Positions 1 to 12,332 of a stretch of 36,323 nucleotides of DNA are shown here, piece by piece. Origin of the DNA: Octopus bimaculoides (lineage: Eukaryota); NCBI RefSeq assembly GCF_001194135.2, contig NC_068985.1:72853574-72889896 (forward strand), written 5' to 3'. The number at the start of each line of letters is the position of its first letter. The stretch's first letter is position 1. The notes below the pieces were generated by a model that saw only the letters and a list, made by a program, of their open reading frames with translations, was not told where the DNA came from and did no database searches. The position numbers were made by a program, and so were the translations under genes.

Positions 1-680
1 AGAAGAAGGTGCCCAGAAATAATGGAAAACAAAGAAATGGAAACGCAAGAAGGCGTGATAGAAGAGAGGAAACAGTCACAGGAAGAGGAGCAGAAAGCTG
101 ATTTTGAGGAAGCTAAATCAAGGAAGAGAGAAAGGAGGAGCTCATCGCCGAAAGTCGAACAAGGGAAAAAATACAAATCACAGGATCAAATGGGATCACT
201 GAGGAAAGAGGATAATAGCAGAACATTACCACAGAACCATACAGTCTCACAATCACAGACAGACAGACAGATACACAGATGCATAAACGCACAGATATAC
301 ATACACTCGGAAGCGAAGAAGATAACGCAGAGTTGCAGAAACCTAAAAGCACAGAACCTGAAAACACAGACACGCAAACACAACATGCAGACTTAGAGTC
401 ACACAAACATGCAGAACTACAGACAGATGAACACACAGATATACAGTCACAAAGAAATATAGAAGAACAGATGCATGGTAGTACAGAATCACAAAAACAA
501 AAAAGAACAGACATACAGACGCAGGAGGTACATAGGAACGGGATATATTTGATGACATATCGATACACACAAAAAATAGAGAAGAGATCCAAAATAAAAG
601 ACATTGTCAAAGTGGACCTCTCGGACCGTTGCGATAAGGAGGCGAGATGGATTTTAATAGAAAAAAGTATAAAAAATTAG
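1..680. repeat. Low-complexity purine-rich then degenerate (ACAG/ACAC)-rich tract
   Basis: Strong strand asymmetry with cryptic CA/AG repeats. The overlapping ORFs on both strands are compositional (Q/T/H/K-rich on +, C/V/L-rich on -). Confidence 0.6.
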
Positions 681-959
681 AAGAGGCTTTCCCGAGAGAT
701 ATAAACCCACTGGGGCCCGAGGTGAATTTCGAACCCAGCACTCCAGTGGTGAACTACGAGGAAATAAAAGATTATATAAAATGGTGAGTAGTTTTATTTT
801 GGATAAATTATTGAGATAATTTTGAAAAGAACTCTCGAAGACTGTGAAAGGAACTATTAAGAACTGTTGAAATAATTGAAATAACGCGGCCGCCCCGGGG
901 TGGGGCTGGGGTGGCCGTCCCATCATCATTGTTTAATTTCATTGTTCCATTCTATCATG

Positions 960-1245
960 TGTTAATTGTCCCATCTGTGTTTAGCCCCTTGTGGGTAATA
1001 AAGAAATTGGTATTTCGTCCGTCTCTACGTTCTGAGTTCAAATTCCACCAAGGACGGCTTTTCCTTTCATCTTTTCAGGGTCGATAAAATAAGTACCAGT
1101 TGAGCACTGGGGTCGATGTAACCGACTTACTTCCTCCACCGAATTTGCTGGCCTTCTGCCAAATTCGAAACCATTACCACTATTATTTAGGTGGCAATTT
1201 GGCAGAATCGTTAGCACACCGGACGAAATGCTTAGTAGCATTTCT
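960..1245 (+). mobile_element. Three partial head-to-tail copies of a tRNA-derived SINE (family A)
   Basis: Tail fragment to ~1007. Body 1008-1187 with B-box GAGTTCAAATTCC and GGGTCGATAAAATAAGTACCAG. New head TGGCAGAATCGTTAGC at ~1200. Same sequence recurs at 8332-8555, 25910-26451 and 26945-27127. Confidence 0.8.
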
Positions 1246-1348
1246 CTCGTCTTGCTCTTAAACTGTGTCTCTTATTTGTTATCTCTGTTGATTCAACTAT
1301 GTCAAAGTGGGAGAGAAAGAACATTGCCATTTTATAAGATCTTACCAT

Positions 1349-1545
1349 GATAGAGTATTCTATAGGATAGTAGAGAGGGATAGCCTGGGTTGTCCACAGT
1401 TTAGAGTGGTCGGCTGCACAGACAACACATTTGTAATGTGTTCGGTTGACCTAGATAAACTTCATAGGTAGAGACCAGGTTACTGGAAGCTGAACGTATC
1501 ATCTCGGCGCGCAAAGCTTACGGCGATCAGATCAGCGAATAGGTA
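1349..1545 (+). mobile_element. L1/Tx1-clade LINE relic, end of the APE endonuclease domain
   Basis: Translates DRVFYR...TDNTFVMCSVDLDKLHR*RPGYWKLNVS. GYWKLNxS is characteristic of L1/Tx1 ORF2. In-frame stop present. Confidence 0.7.
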
Positions 1546-2980
1546 TACGGGCATTGACATGTCTTTCATCTGCAGATTAGATACCTGATACCAGACCTGT
1601 ATTACCTCTATGAACAGAAAAAGAGAAAATATTCTCCTATGAGGTCATATTAATTTTCTTTCCTTTTACAGCCCCCTTTCCCCACATCATAGTCATAGAC
1701 AACATGCAATTAAAACCCACAAATGCAAGGCCTCAGAATCTCTTGAGCTATCTTGGCTGTATCACATCTTTAATATAGCAAAAGAAGTGCGCCACAAAAG
1801 ACTGGTTTTTTATTATAATATAATGAACACTTTTTATATATTATATATGCTGTTTGGTTGAAGCATACACAAGGTGTCTCAGAATTAACTATCTATTTCA
1901 GTGTAATCAGACAATTTTTTTAACATAAAAAGTCATTTTTATTTATGTTTACCATGTTTAATATGTGTTAAAAGTATATAAATTTTTAATGAGAATTTAC
2001 AAAAATACAAAAGACGAAGACGGCTGTGTAAACAACGTGTGTACGTGCGTGCGCATGTTCCTTATGGATTCGAAAATTGAGTTGCTGAATTTGACGCATG
2101 AGGTATCAAAAGATCCAGCCATCTTTCGGCTACCAAATAAAGTATCGTTTTTGCACAACTCTTTTTTTACTACAAAAATAACCTCGAAAACGAAATCGGG
2201 TCACACAATTTTGAGGTCTTCAGCTAAGGGAGGCATCTCTGCTTGAACAATCTTAAAATACATGGAGTTTTACCAGGGAATGAAACTTCAAAAATGTACC
2301 GTCAACTTTATTAGTATTATTTAGTCGATAATCTTTTAATGTGAAATATCTCTGTATTTTGTATAGCCCAGAGTTGCCTTTGATGTAGGAGACCCATCGC
2401 ATAGTTCTTTTTTATTTCTTCCTGAAATATTGTAAATCTATATCTTCTTTTTAGTGAAAAGGTGGGTTTTAAGAGAAATTTGGCTGCTATTTGTAGTAGC
2501 TCAAGTTACCACAGAGACACCTCAGTGTGTGTGTGTTTTGTTGTGGTGAAAAAATACTTTTTCTCGGAAGATTTTGCACAATGATTTTTAAAGAAATCTG
2601 AACATCTTTCTTATTATTAACCATTCAACCTCAAATTACAATTGTTAATTGTTGGAAGCCAAGTACACTGAGATGCACATATAATGTTATCGTATAGAGT
2701 GGAAGTCCAATACGAAGTTTTGAACTCATCTTGTGGTTAGTAATCCATTATCTTAAATTTGAATCCATTAAGTCTTTAAATATTATTTTACTGGGTTTAG
2801 TCTTTCGACTGTCACCATGATGGGTATCACCTTCAAAATTTTAATTGATCATACTGACCTCAGTACGTATTTTAATCTGGTATCTATTTTATAGAACTCT
2901 GCTTGATGAACTGCTAACTTTGAGACATAGTGGGACACAATACTCGATTTGACAACAAATGTAAACACACACACATATTA

Positions 2981-3067
2981 GGTGCAAGAATGACTGTGTG
3001 GTTGAGAAGTTTGCTTCCCAACCACATGGTTCCGCGTTCAATCCCTCTGCATGGTACCTTAAGCAAA
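2981..3067 (+). mobile_element. tRNA-derived SINE head (family B), truncated
   Basis: A-box-like TGACTGTGTGGTT and B-box-like GTTCAATCC. A homologous copy lies on the - strand at 32117-32220. Confidence 0.7.
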
Positions 3068-4444
3068 TCTAACTAGTGGCAAAATAAGAACAGCTATAAC
3101 TNNNNNNNNNNNNNNNNNNNNNNNNNNNNNNNNNNNNNNNNNNNNNNNNNNNNNNNNNNNNNNNNNNNNNNNNNNNNNNNNNNNNNNNNNNNNNNNNNNN
3201 NNNNNNNNNNNNNNNNNNNNNNNNNNNNNNNNNNNNNNNNNNNNNNNNNNNNNNNNNNNNNNNNNNNNNNNNNNNNNNNNNNNNNNNNNNNNNNNNNNNN
3301 NNNNNNNNNNNNNNNNNNNNNNNNNNNNNNNNNNNNNNNNNNNNNNNNNNNNNNNNNNNNNNNNNNNNNNNNNNNNNNNNNNNNNNNNNNNNNNNNNNNN
3401 NNNNNNNNNNNNNNNNNNNNNNNNNNNNNNNNNNNNNNNNNNNNNNNNNNNNNNNNNNNNNNNNNNNNNNNNNNNNNNNNNNNNNNNNNNNNNNNNNNNN
3501 NNNNNNNNNNNNNNNNNNNNNNNNNNNNNNNNNNNNNNNNNNNNNNNNNNNNNNNNNNNNNNNNNNNNNNNNNNNNNNNNNNNNNNNNNNNNNNNNNNNN
3601 TATATATATATATATATATATATGTATATACAGAAAGTAAGCAATATGAGACCACATGTACGTAACTTGTTCGCCTTTGGAATGCGGGCGCACGCACGCG
3701 CACACACAAACACACATCTTGTACATTGGAGCTAGAAAAAAAAAAAAAAAAAAGCAGGTATCTTTTCTGTTTGGTTGGAAATTTTAAAGTTTATTGAAAA
3801 TTTTAAAATTTGGTGTATTAACGTAGTTTTCCAAGCTGAATTTCAGGAGATATCTCACTTTTCCAAGAAAAAATATTTGTTAAAAAAGTTATAGAGGTTT
3901 AAAGTTTGATAATTTTCACCCAGTCATAAAACAGGATTTGGAAGCCGTCGTCTTGTGCGTGACGCGTTTTAATATGAAACTGTAAATAAATCAACTGCTT
4001 TACGCACGACATATAACCCCCTAATAGATTTATAGTTTTTGGAATATTCAGAAAAATTTTGTGAATTTATTTATTGATTTATGGCGAAAATGAATTTCAA
4101 GGCATTTATTAGCATATAAGACTTCATCATTACACTGAATACGAAACCAATTCAAACAGAAATTGAAGTGATTGAAAATTAGCAGCCAAACACAAAAGAT
4201 TCAAAACAAGATTAAAGTGGAAAATTTTCATGGCACGCTCAAGTTAGAACGTGTGGTCGTTTGTATCGGCAAAAGAAGTTTCCCTTTTTCCCATTCAAAC
4301 AACAAGGTGGTGAATTCTAACTTTTCGGACAGACTGTCTCATTGAGTTTTTGAGAATTCCATGTTTCCAGTATTACGAAATTCTGTACATTTAAAACAAA
4401 CTAAGGCAGTATATAGAGTAACACCGCGCGAAAAAGTATTGCTA

Positions 4445-4925
4445 ATCGCCACATGTTAGTAACTAAACACCACAGAGCAAAATATAGTTAAACAACACGT
4501 AATAGTGTGAATACTCTATGACAGTGTAGCTAAATACAACTTAGAAATGTATAAAGACATAACATGGAAGTGTGTAGTTAAGTACTTAGCTAAATGTCTG
4601 TGTCTCGTTAAACACCAGACTATCTCTAGTTAAACACGATACAGCAATGTGTAGTTATACATCATATGACAGTGTATATTTAAATACATGGCAGTTTCTA
4701 GCTAAACATGAAATGGCAACGTATAGTCAAACTTCACATGGTAGAATGTGGTTAAACGTGACATGGAAGTGTATAGCTAAACACCAGATGGAAATGTGTA
4801 CAAACTACATGTTAGTATCCAGCTGAGCACCATATAATTGTGTAGTTAACATTTGTGAGCGTGCAGTTAAACGCTATATGGCAGAGTATAGCTAACCATC
4901 AACTCGATGCATGTAGTTGACACAA
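4445..4925. repeat. Degenerate 25-bp minisatellite, about 19 units
   Basis: Unit starts at 4688, 4713, 4738, 4763, 4788 (exact 25-bp spacing). Approximate consensus ATGGCAGTGTGTAGCTAAACACCAC. Confidence 0.8.
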
Positions 4926-4983
4926 TCGTATTTAGTTACGGCCCTTTATAATCAAATTTCTGATCCCAACTTAGATCAACGTC

Positions 4984-5542
4984 GGGATCTATTTTAAAAC
5001 GGGGGCCACATTTTTCATTAATGTTTTACGTAGTGTTTTTGGTACCGAAAGACTTTCAAACTTCGTATACTTATCTATTTTGTGTTATAGAACAGAAAAA
5101 TATTTTTGTATTCGAATTTATTTCATGTAAAAAATTGTCTTATTTCGATAATTTCAACCAATCACTGACACATATTCAGTTGTTTATATTTACTCCTTTG
5201 GCTGATTAAGCGGTGTAAAGCGTATTTAATCTCCATACCTTCGTTTTATTTGCTTTTTTCATTTCAAATTTGCTTTAGCCCTAACCCTAGGGTTAGGGTT
5301 AATTGTTTCAGAATCGTTTGTTTATGTAGTCGGCACTTAATGTATATCGGCTGAATGGACGTCAGTGATTGGTTGAAATTACAGAAATACGACAACTTTA
5401 ACATGGAATAACTTATGGATTTCTTTTTTTTTTAAAGAAGACTAAGAGAAAAAGATGTTTTATATGACACATTCTACCAGTGTTCCAAGTTTCAAAGTGT
5501 TTCGTTAATGAAAAATGTGGCCCCCGTTTTAAAAAAGATCCC
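4984..5542. mobile_element. Non-autonomous TIR element with an internal telomeric-repeat palindrome
   Basis: 38-bp inverted repeats at 4984-5021 and 5505-5542 (37/38 match). Perfect 20-bp palindrome CCCTAACCCTAGGGTTAGGG at 5279-5298. Confidence 0.75.
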
Positions 5543-6739
5543 AACTTCGTGCTTATCTTACAGGGGTCATTAAAATACTGTACCAACCAAGACACTGAGA
5601 TAATTTTGTATTCCTTTAATGAATCTTAGATGTGAAAAGAATTATGATAAACGAAGAACTAGATCAGGGCTGACGTGGGACTGTATTTATTGATGATGCT
5701 TTTTGCCTTCCATAGTAGGACGGCAATCGATCCAAGCTAAACATGTAAGTGTTTGTTGTTTTGTTTTTCATACAAGTTTCCATTTCTGAATGTGTTTATC
5801 TAGGGCTTCAGCATTGTTACGTGTGTGGATTAGTTATAAGGGTTTACTTTTTATTAATTTACCATATTTTTATTACAGCATTTGTCAGGTACGATGTCTT
5901 TTGCTATGACATTTTGCGGTATCGTTTGTTCTACGTTTCATTTTTATCGTTGTTTTCGTCATCATCACGATTTTAAGATAAAACTACAGCCCCACTGTAT
6001 CAGCTTTCGTCGGCTATGGATACAGTTTCTAGTTTTCATTTGTTTATTCGGACAAATATACAAGTGCCTACGTGCTAGTTATAGATCAGAAGTAGACCGA
6101 ACTGTAGAGAGAGAGAGACTGCCGCGTCGCACCTAACTTTAACCATTGCTGGTCGTAATATGTTGTACGGACCTCAACAAAGTGATGGTATGGTATAACG
6201 AGAACTATAGACCTGTGGATTGCATCTAGTCATTCGATTGTCTTATCGGTCTGCTCAGTAAAACCTCACGTGAAATTAAACATATTCGATATAAATATGT
6301 AAATGGTTTCTCAGCTTACTTTGTACATTAGAGAGGATATCGTCTATGAAATTTATTCAAGTTATACGGTTACTAATTCTCTCAATCCTTGAGGCAGGAA
6401 TAACAAAGTTGGTTAGAGCAGGATTAGAATCCATGATGCAATTAATTATTGTATTTTAGCTAACCAACGATAGACCTACTTGCAGTTTGAGCGACTGGAA
6501 ATGGCAGCTAAATCTCCCTCAGACCCAGCCGTTTCCGTTTTAGAAAGGGAAGCTCATATTTGATAATGTATTTTTCGATATCCCACTAAAAAGCCCTGTC
6601 TTGGGATTAAGCAAGTATATTTTTATTCAAAACAAATCTAGTTCTTGAATCATAGTTTCATTTAAATTAAATATGATCTTAAGTCAATTACTCTAAATTT
6701 TAAATCCTTATTTTCTTTCATGAATATATTTGGCTTGGT

Positions 6740-6989
6740 TACTATTCAAGAAGAGTGGTCCCGGTGCGCGCATCCGAGCTAGCTAGTCGTGACTAGTCGA
6801 TTCTACGACTACCTAGCGCGAGTGCGCGTATGCAAATTAATAGATGCTCGCATGTATGAGGGTTTTTTCTAAATAAAGTAAATAATTTTTTAAAAACAAA
6901 GTAAATAAAACACAAAGTAAATATTTAGTCACGACTAGCTAGCACAGATGCGTGAGTGCGCGCACCGGCACCACTCTTCTTGAATAGTA
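6740..6989. mobile_element. MITE with TA flanks (Tc1/mariner-like signature)
   Basis: TA-CTATTCAAGAAGAGTGGT(C/G)CCGGTGCGCGCA at the left end and its reverse complement at the right end. A second IR block GCTAGCTAGTCGTGACTA lies further inside. Confidence 0.85.
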
Positions 6990-7596
6990 CCTTTGGTTTT
7001 TGTAACTTTTCACCAGCTGTTATAGGAAGTAGTAAACATAATTATGGTCCATTAGCTCTTGGACAATTTCCACTCTTAGACAATGGAATATTTATGAATA
7101 CAAAACCATATATTTAAACGCAATTTCTTCCTTAAATTAGAAGATTGGTATTATTCTAAAATATTAACTCATCTCCCGCAAAACACGCCCTTTATTCATT
7201 GTAATTTTTTTGGACAGTTACAATTTACTATTTTGGATTGAAAACGAAAAGAAAATAATTTTGTATCATATTAATAAAATCAGAAAATCACGAACAAGCG
7301 CTGATTATTCTAAATGTTAACGTTATTACGAACTTAAGTCGTTACTGTAAATCCTAACCGTTAATTATATTCCTAAACATCAACCCTCTTATCAAACTGA
7401 ACCCTAATCCATACTCTTAGACTCGGCCTTAATAATTTAACTCTGTTCATAATCCAGGAATAATCCCCCTTCATCTGACTAAAACAATAAAATACAGAAT
7501 TTTATCTTTTTTTTTCTTTTTCTTTCAAATATGTCACACGATGTATTTATGTCCTGCAACAACCTCCCCGGTTGTTGTTTAGCCCTAGGTCAGTAC

Positions 7597-7821
7597 TTAG
7601 GGCAGCGGACTCGCGGTTTCGATTCCCAGACCGGGCGTTGTGAGTGTTTATTGAGCGAAAACACCTAAAGCTCCACGAGGCTCTAGCAGGGGATGGTACT
7701 CTTTCACCACAACTTTCTCTCACTCTTACTTCCTGTTTCTGTTGTGCCTGTAATTCAAAGGTAGCCTTGTCACACTGTCACGCTGAATATCCCCGAGAAC
7801 TACGTTAAGGGTACACGTGTC
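7597..7821 (+). mobile_element. tRNA-derived SINE (family C head plus tail X), truncated
   Basis: 7597-7740 matches 13201-13371. 7745-7821 matches the reverse complement of part of 30187-30373. Confidence 0.8.
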
Positions 7822-8331
7822 AATGATCAAAATATATTCCAGCTGTGAGTCGTTTTCAAGGATTACATTACTCAGTTTTTTTTTCTTTTAGGTATAGTCG
7901 TTTTTTGAGTTGAGGGATATTCGGTTGCTATTGTAGCAAGCTGAACAACTGCAGAGATGCTCATTTGCTGTTTTCTCTTATGTCTGCCCTGACTCAGTAG
8001 ATTTCTAATGAAAACCATTACATCCATAACTATCTCGTCATTATTTTTCTTAAACACAGAACTACATTTAATTTCCTTCTCTTTTAAAGACAGTAGGGTG
8101 TAACTTGAAGGAGATTTGGTAGCTACTTCTAGCAGCTCGATAACTACATAACGGCTCCCATATTGTTTCAATTGTGTCCTTCATCTAATTTGAAGAGGAA
8201 TTTGTTGCTACATCTAGCAGGTCGAATGTCTGCATAAATGCTTCCTCATTGGTTTATAAATTATTTCTATTGCGTTTATGTTAATCTTTTGGAACTTCTT
8301 GCTCAGGCAAAAACTATAATCATTTCTTTAT

Positions 8332-8555
8332 TTAATAATGATTTCAAATTTTTGCACAAGGCCAGCCAGTTCGGGGGAGGGTGTAAGTCGATTACATCGA
8401 CCACATTGCTCAACCAGTACTTATTTTATCGAACCTTGAAGGATGAAAGGCACAGTCGACCTCAGCGGAATTTGAACTCAGAACATGAAGTGGACGAAAT
8501 GCTCTACAGAGCATTCTGTAACGGTATGCTAACGATTCTGCCAGCTCGCCGCCTT
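8332..8555 (-). mobile_element. Near full-length SINE family A
   Basis: Minus strand reads head GGCGAGCTGGCAGAATCGTTAGC, B-box GAGTTCAAATTCC, then an ATT-type tail. Confidence 0.85.
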
Positions 8556-10201
8556 TTCTTTATTTAATAATAATCATTCAGTATCATAAATACAACGTTC
8601 CTCGGAAACAGTTTCCTTCACCTCTTAATCACACAAGTTATTAAGAGTTATTTCCCTTGGTTTATTATATTTCGTAATCGATAAATACTGAACTAGATTA
8701 TCCCTCACCCATATATCTCGAATTACACATCTTGAGGAGCTTCACCTATATATCTCGAATTACTCTGCCTTAGGAAGTTATTTGTACTACCTTTCCTGTT
8801 CAGGTTAACACATATTCTATTACAATAATCTCTCTATATCTATGCTCACTTATCTTAACCTGCCTGCCAGACCAATTGGCATCAAGTCCGTATACAAATA
8901 CTCTAACCACTGGGCCATGTCCATGTGTTCTCTTTCTGCCTTTTCTATCGCAATTACAGTGGTCTCTTCTNNNNNNNNNNNNNNNNNNNNNNNNNNNNNN
9001 NNNNNNNNNNNNNNNNNNNNNNNNNNNNNNNNNNNNNNNNNNNNNNNNNNNNNNNNNNNNNNNNNNNNNNNNNNNNNNNNNNNNNNNNNNNNNNNNNNNN
9101 NNNNNNNNNNNNNNNNNNNNNNNNNNNNNNNNNNNNNNNNNNNNNNNNNNNNNNNNNNNNNNNNNNNNNNNNNNNNNNNNNNNNNNNNNNNNNNNNNNNN
9201 NNNNNNNNNNNNNNNNNNNNNNNNNNNNNNNNNNNNNNNNNNNNNNNNNNNNNNNNNNNNNNNNNNNNNNNNNNNNNNNNNNNNNNNNNNNNNNNNNNNN
9301 NNNNNNNNNNNNNNNNNNNNNNNNNNNNNNNNNNNNNNNNNNNNNNNNNNNNNNNNNNNNNNNNNNNNNNNNNNNNNNNNNNNNNNNNNNNNNNNNNNNN
9401 NNNNNNNNNNNNNNNNNNNNNNNNNNNNNNNNNNNNNNNNNNNNNNNNNNNNNNNNNNNNNNNNNNNNNNNNNNNNNNNNNNNNNNNNNNNNNNNNNNNN
9501 NNNNNNNNNNNNNNNNNNNNNNNNNNNNNNNNNNNNNNNNNNNNNNNNNNNNNNNNNNNNNNNNNNNNNNNNNNNNNNNNNNNNNNNNNNNNNNNNNNNN
9601 NNNNNNNNNNNNNNNNNNNNNNNNNNNNNNNNNNNNNNNNNNNNNNNNNNNNNNNNNNNNNNNNNNNNNNNNNNNNNNNNNNNNNNNNNNNNNNNNNNNN
9701 NNNNNNNNNNNNNNNNNNNNNNNNNNNNNNNNNNNNNNNNNNNNNNNNNNNNNNNNNNNNNNNNNNNNNNNNNNNNNNNNNNNNNNNNNNNNNNNNNNNN
9801 NNNNNNNNNNNNNNNNNNNNNNNNNNNNNNNNNNNNNNNNNNNNNNNNNNNNNNNNNNNNNNNNNNNNNNNNNNNNNNNNNNNNNNNNNNNNNNNNNNNN
9901 NNATTTTTTATTAGTTGACTAATAAAAATTAAAATTTGCTGTGTGGAAAAATATTAAGCATCACAATTTAAGTCGAAAGTTGTAAATGGCTGTGAAGTTG
10001 AGATATTGAGGTTCTGGCCATATGAGACAGTACACTGTCTCATGCTCCTTGAAAGTTAAGTAGTTTGCGGTAGGAAGGACATTCAGCCGGGAGAAAAAAA
10101 ACCTCCAATTATTTCAGTAAAAACCATTTCTTCCATATTAACTTGACAGAATGTAAAACAGTAGAAAAAGAGATGCAATGGGCAGTATTTGGATAAGCTC
10201 T

Positions 10202-10411
10202 TTAATCCTTTAGCACTTAAACTGGTCATACCTGGCTCAAATATTATCAAGATCTGATCTCTACTAACATCTCACCCTATAATGTCATTCTAAAAATAGA
10301 CAATCACATCATCAAAATCTTGAAGCTACATGATAATGTAAGATTAATTCAAAAGAATGTGAATAAATAAGTATCAAATTTAACAAAGTCATCTAAATGC
10401 TACAGGGTTAA
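10202..10411. mobile_element. piggyBac-like MITE flanked by TTAA
   Basis: TTAA-TCCTTTAGCACTTA ... TAAATGCTACAGGG-TTAA; 15/18 inverted match including the TTAA. Second copy at 20096-20341. Confidence 0.75.
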
Positions 10412-11219
10412 TTGGTTTGATCTATGTCACAATTTCTTTTTATTCTAAATTGGCAGAGTCATTAGAGTGTTGGCTCAGTTTGCAGTAGTCATTCCAGCTT
10501 TTTGCATTCTGTATTCAAATTTCATTTGGTCACAGATGATCATGGTTAATCACCTGATTACAAGAACACCCTGTCTGTTCTGCAACTGGCCAGTGTAGAC
10601 AAGTAGGTCTACAACTAGTGCAGATAAATTTTCAATAACTTGCTTTGGTGTTATCCGTCAGTTGATGGAAAATAGCTGAATGTAATAGAAACCACACTTG
10701 TACCTATGAGAAACATGAGCATTGCACAATTTCATTTCATTTTTATAAATCTGATGCGTTGTTTCTATGTAAGAATTCAACATTTATAAGTCATTAAAGG
10801 AAAATACACTAAGGAGAGTAGTGCATGCTGTTCAGTCCAGTCAGCTAGTGTTTAGTATGTAGAAACTATACTGTTTTTTTTTTTAAAATTTCAGGTAACT
10901 AAATAAAATGGCTAAATACTAACCATCTTACCAGTGACATGCAGTTTTTAAAAAATTGTGCACCAATGTCCTACCCATGTTTTTCACACTAACTACTTAT
11001 AACATGCACTCAAGCAGTATACACAATTCATATTAAATTAACTAACTCACTTCAAGAAGTAATTAATATGTAAGTTACTTTATTTTACTTAAATTTCTTT
11101 GTGAATTGGTATATAATAATTATCTTGCATGTTTGTTCTGTCACCCAAATGAGATAATGTTGAAGTAACAGACTATCAAATAACAAATAGAGAGTGAATG
11201 TGTGAGTAATGTTTACTTC

Positions 11220-11410
11220 CATGATGATGATGATCAGTTAATGTCTGCGTTCCATGCTGGCTTAGGTTGGACAGTTTGATAGGATCCGAAGAATCTGAAG
11301 ACTGCATCTGATCCAGTGTCTTCTTTGACATGGTTTCTACGACTGGATGCTATTCCTGATGTCACCACTTTACTGTGTGTATTAGGTGCATTTTTCATGA
11401 CATCTGCACT
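11220..11410 (-). mobile_element. Diverged SINE family D ((GAT)n-tailed)
   Basis: Reverse complement resembles 22140-22322 (CTGGATGC..TTCCT core; TTCCATGCT..GGTTGGAC tail). Confidence 0.65.
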
Positions 11411-11810
11411 TGTGAGGTTAGCCTGAAAGACTAAGATTCCCTTTGAGTGGAACTGTAGTAGAGAGTGAGACAGCTTTTTGCTATGTGGGAGAAGGGGCCA
11501 GAAAAGAAGAGGTTCCTTGCTATATAAGAGGAGCTATATGGTTAGGTTACATTATAGAAGAGAGGGTGGGAGTGGCTTGACTGAAACTGGAAAGAGATAG
11601 AAATACTGGTGATGTGGTGTTAGAGTAATGCCGGAAGATAGACGGTCTCTCTCACACATGCACATACATATGAATCAGTTGCTAGGTATATGCTGTGAAT
11701 ATACTGCTTTTAGAATAGGTACACTATGTCCTCATGTGTTGTAGAGGTAACTGAAAGTAAGGACATAGAAATGATGCAATTTATTTTCTCTGAAATCTGT
11801 TGTTGTTATA

Positions 11811-11811
<1 letters not shown>

Positions 11812-11845
<34 letters not shown>

Positions 11846-11940
11846 ATGTGTATATATATATATATATATAATATATGTATATATATATATATGCATATGT
11901 CTATATAACCTATATATATATATATAAGTATATATATATA
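11812..11940. repeat. Interrupted (TA)n microsatellite; similar tracts at 12630-12698, 13131-13178 and 13493-13520
   Basis: Direct reading. Confidence 0.95.
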
Positions 11941-12124
11941 AAGTGTAGTATATTACCACTTAAGTGTGGCTGACCCCTAGGGGTGGATGTTACTGTTGCT
12001 TTTAGCCCCAGGAAATCCGGATCCGTTCGTGCTGCAGATGTTGGTGAGAGGGATAACTACCCTTGGCAAACAGGACACAGTCGTGTGTCGATAAGCCAGC
12101 TGGAGGAGATGTCCTCTTGGGGCT
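11941..12124. repeat. Partial second copy of the 12333-12583 MITE ending at a gap; probable assembly overlap
   Basis: 11927-12124 is identical to the sequence starting at 12321 except for one base near the contig end. Confidence 0.75.
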
Positions 12125-12332
12125 NNNNNNNNNNNNNNNNNNNNNNNNNNNNNNNNNNNNNNNNNNNNNNNNNNNNNNNNNNNNNNNNNNNNNNNNNNNN
12201 NNNNNNNNNNNNNNNNNNNNNNNNNNNNNNNNNNNNNNNNNNNNNNNNNNNNNNNNNNNNNNNNNNNNNNNNNNNNNNNNNNNNNNNNNNNNNNNNNNNN
12301 NNNNNNNNNNNNNNNNNNNNAGTATATATATA

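Noticed and set aside
279-308. Similarity of the minus strand here to 21568-21597 (both translate ECMYICA; 24/30 nt)
   Set aside because: Both are TG-rich decayed microsatellite tracts, the match is not colinear beyond this patch, and a similar string occurs near 14450.
22-680. Long ORFs on both strands (124, 165 and 133 aa)
   Set aside because: They are products of low-complexity CA/AG-rich sequence, with no recognisable domain or splice support.
781-789. ATG directly followed by GTGAGT (possible ATG-only first exon)
   Set aside because: Splicing to the ALG11 acceptor would be out of frame and there is no other support.
2060-2125. Minus-strand AAGATGGCT start (MAGSFDTSCVKF...) in CpG-rich sequence
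   Set aside because: No convincing donor and the peptide is not recognised; left unresolved.
3059-3726. ORFs spanning N-runs (also 8842-9922, 11983-12353, 20335-20702, 21619-22246)
   Set aside because: Artefacts of translating assembly gaps.
8706-8779. Two-unit 37-bp tandem repeat (similar pairs at 32984-33045 and ~17523-17558)
   Set aside because: Ordinary short local duplications with no further structure.
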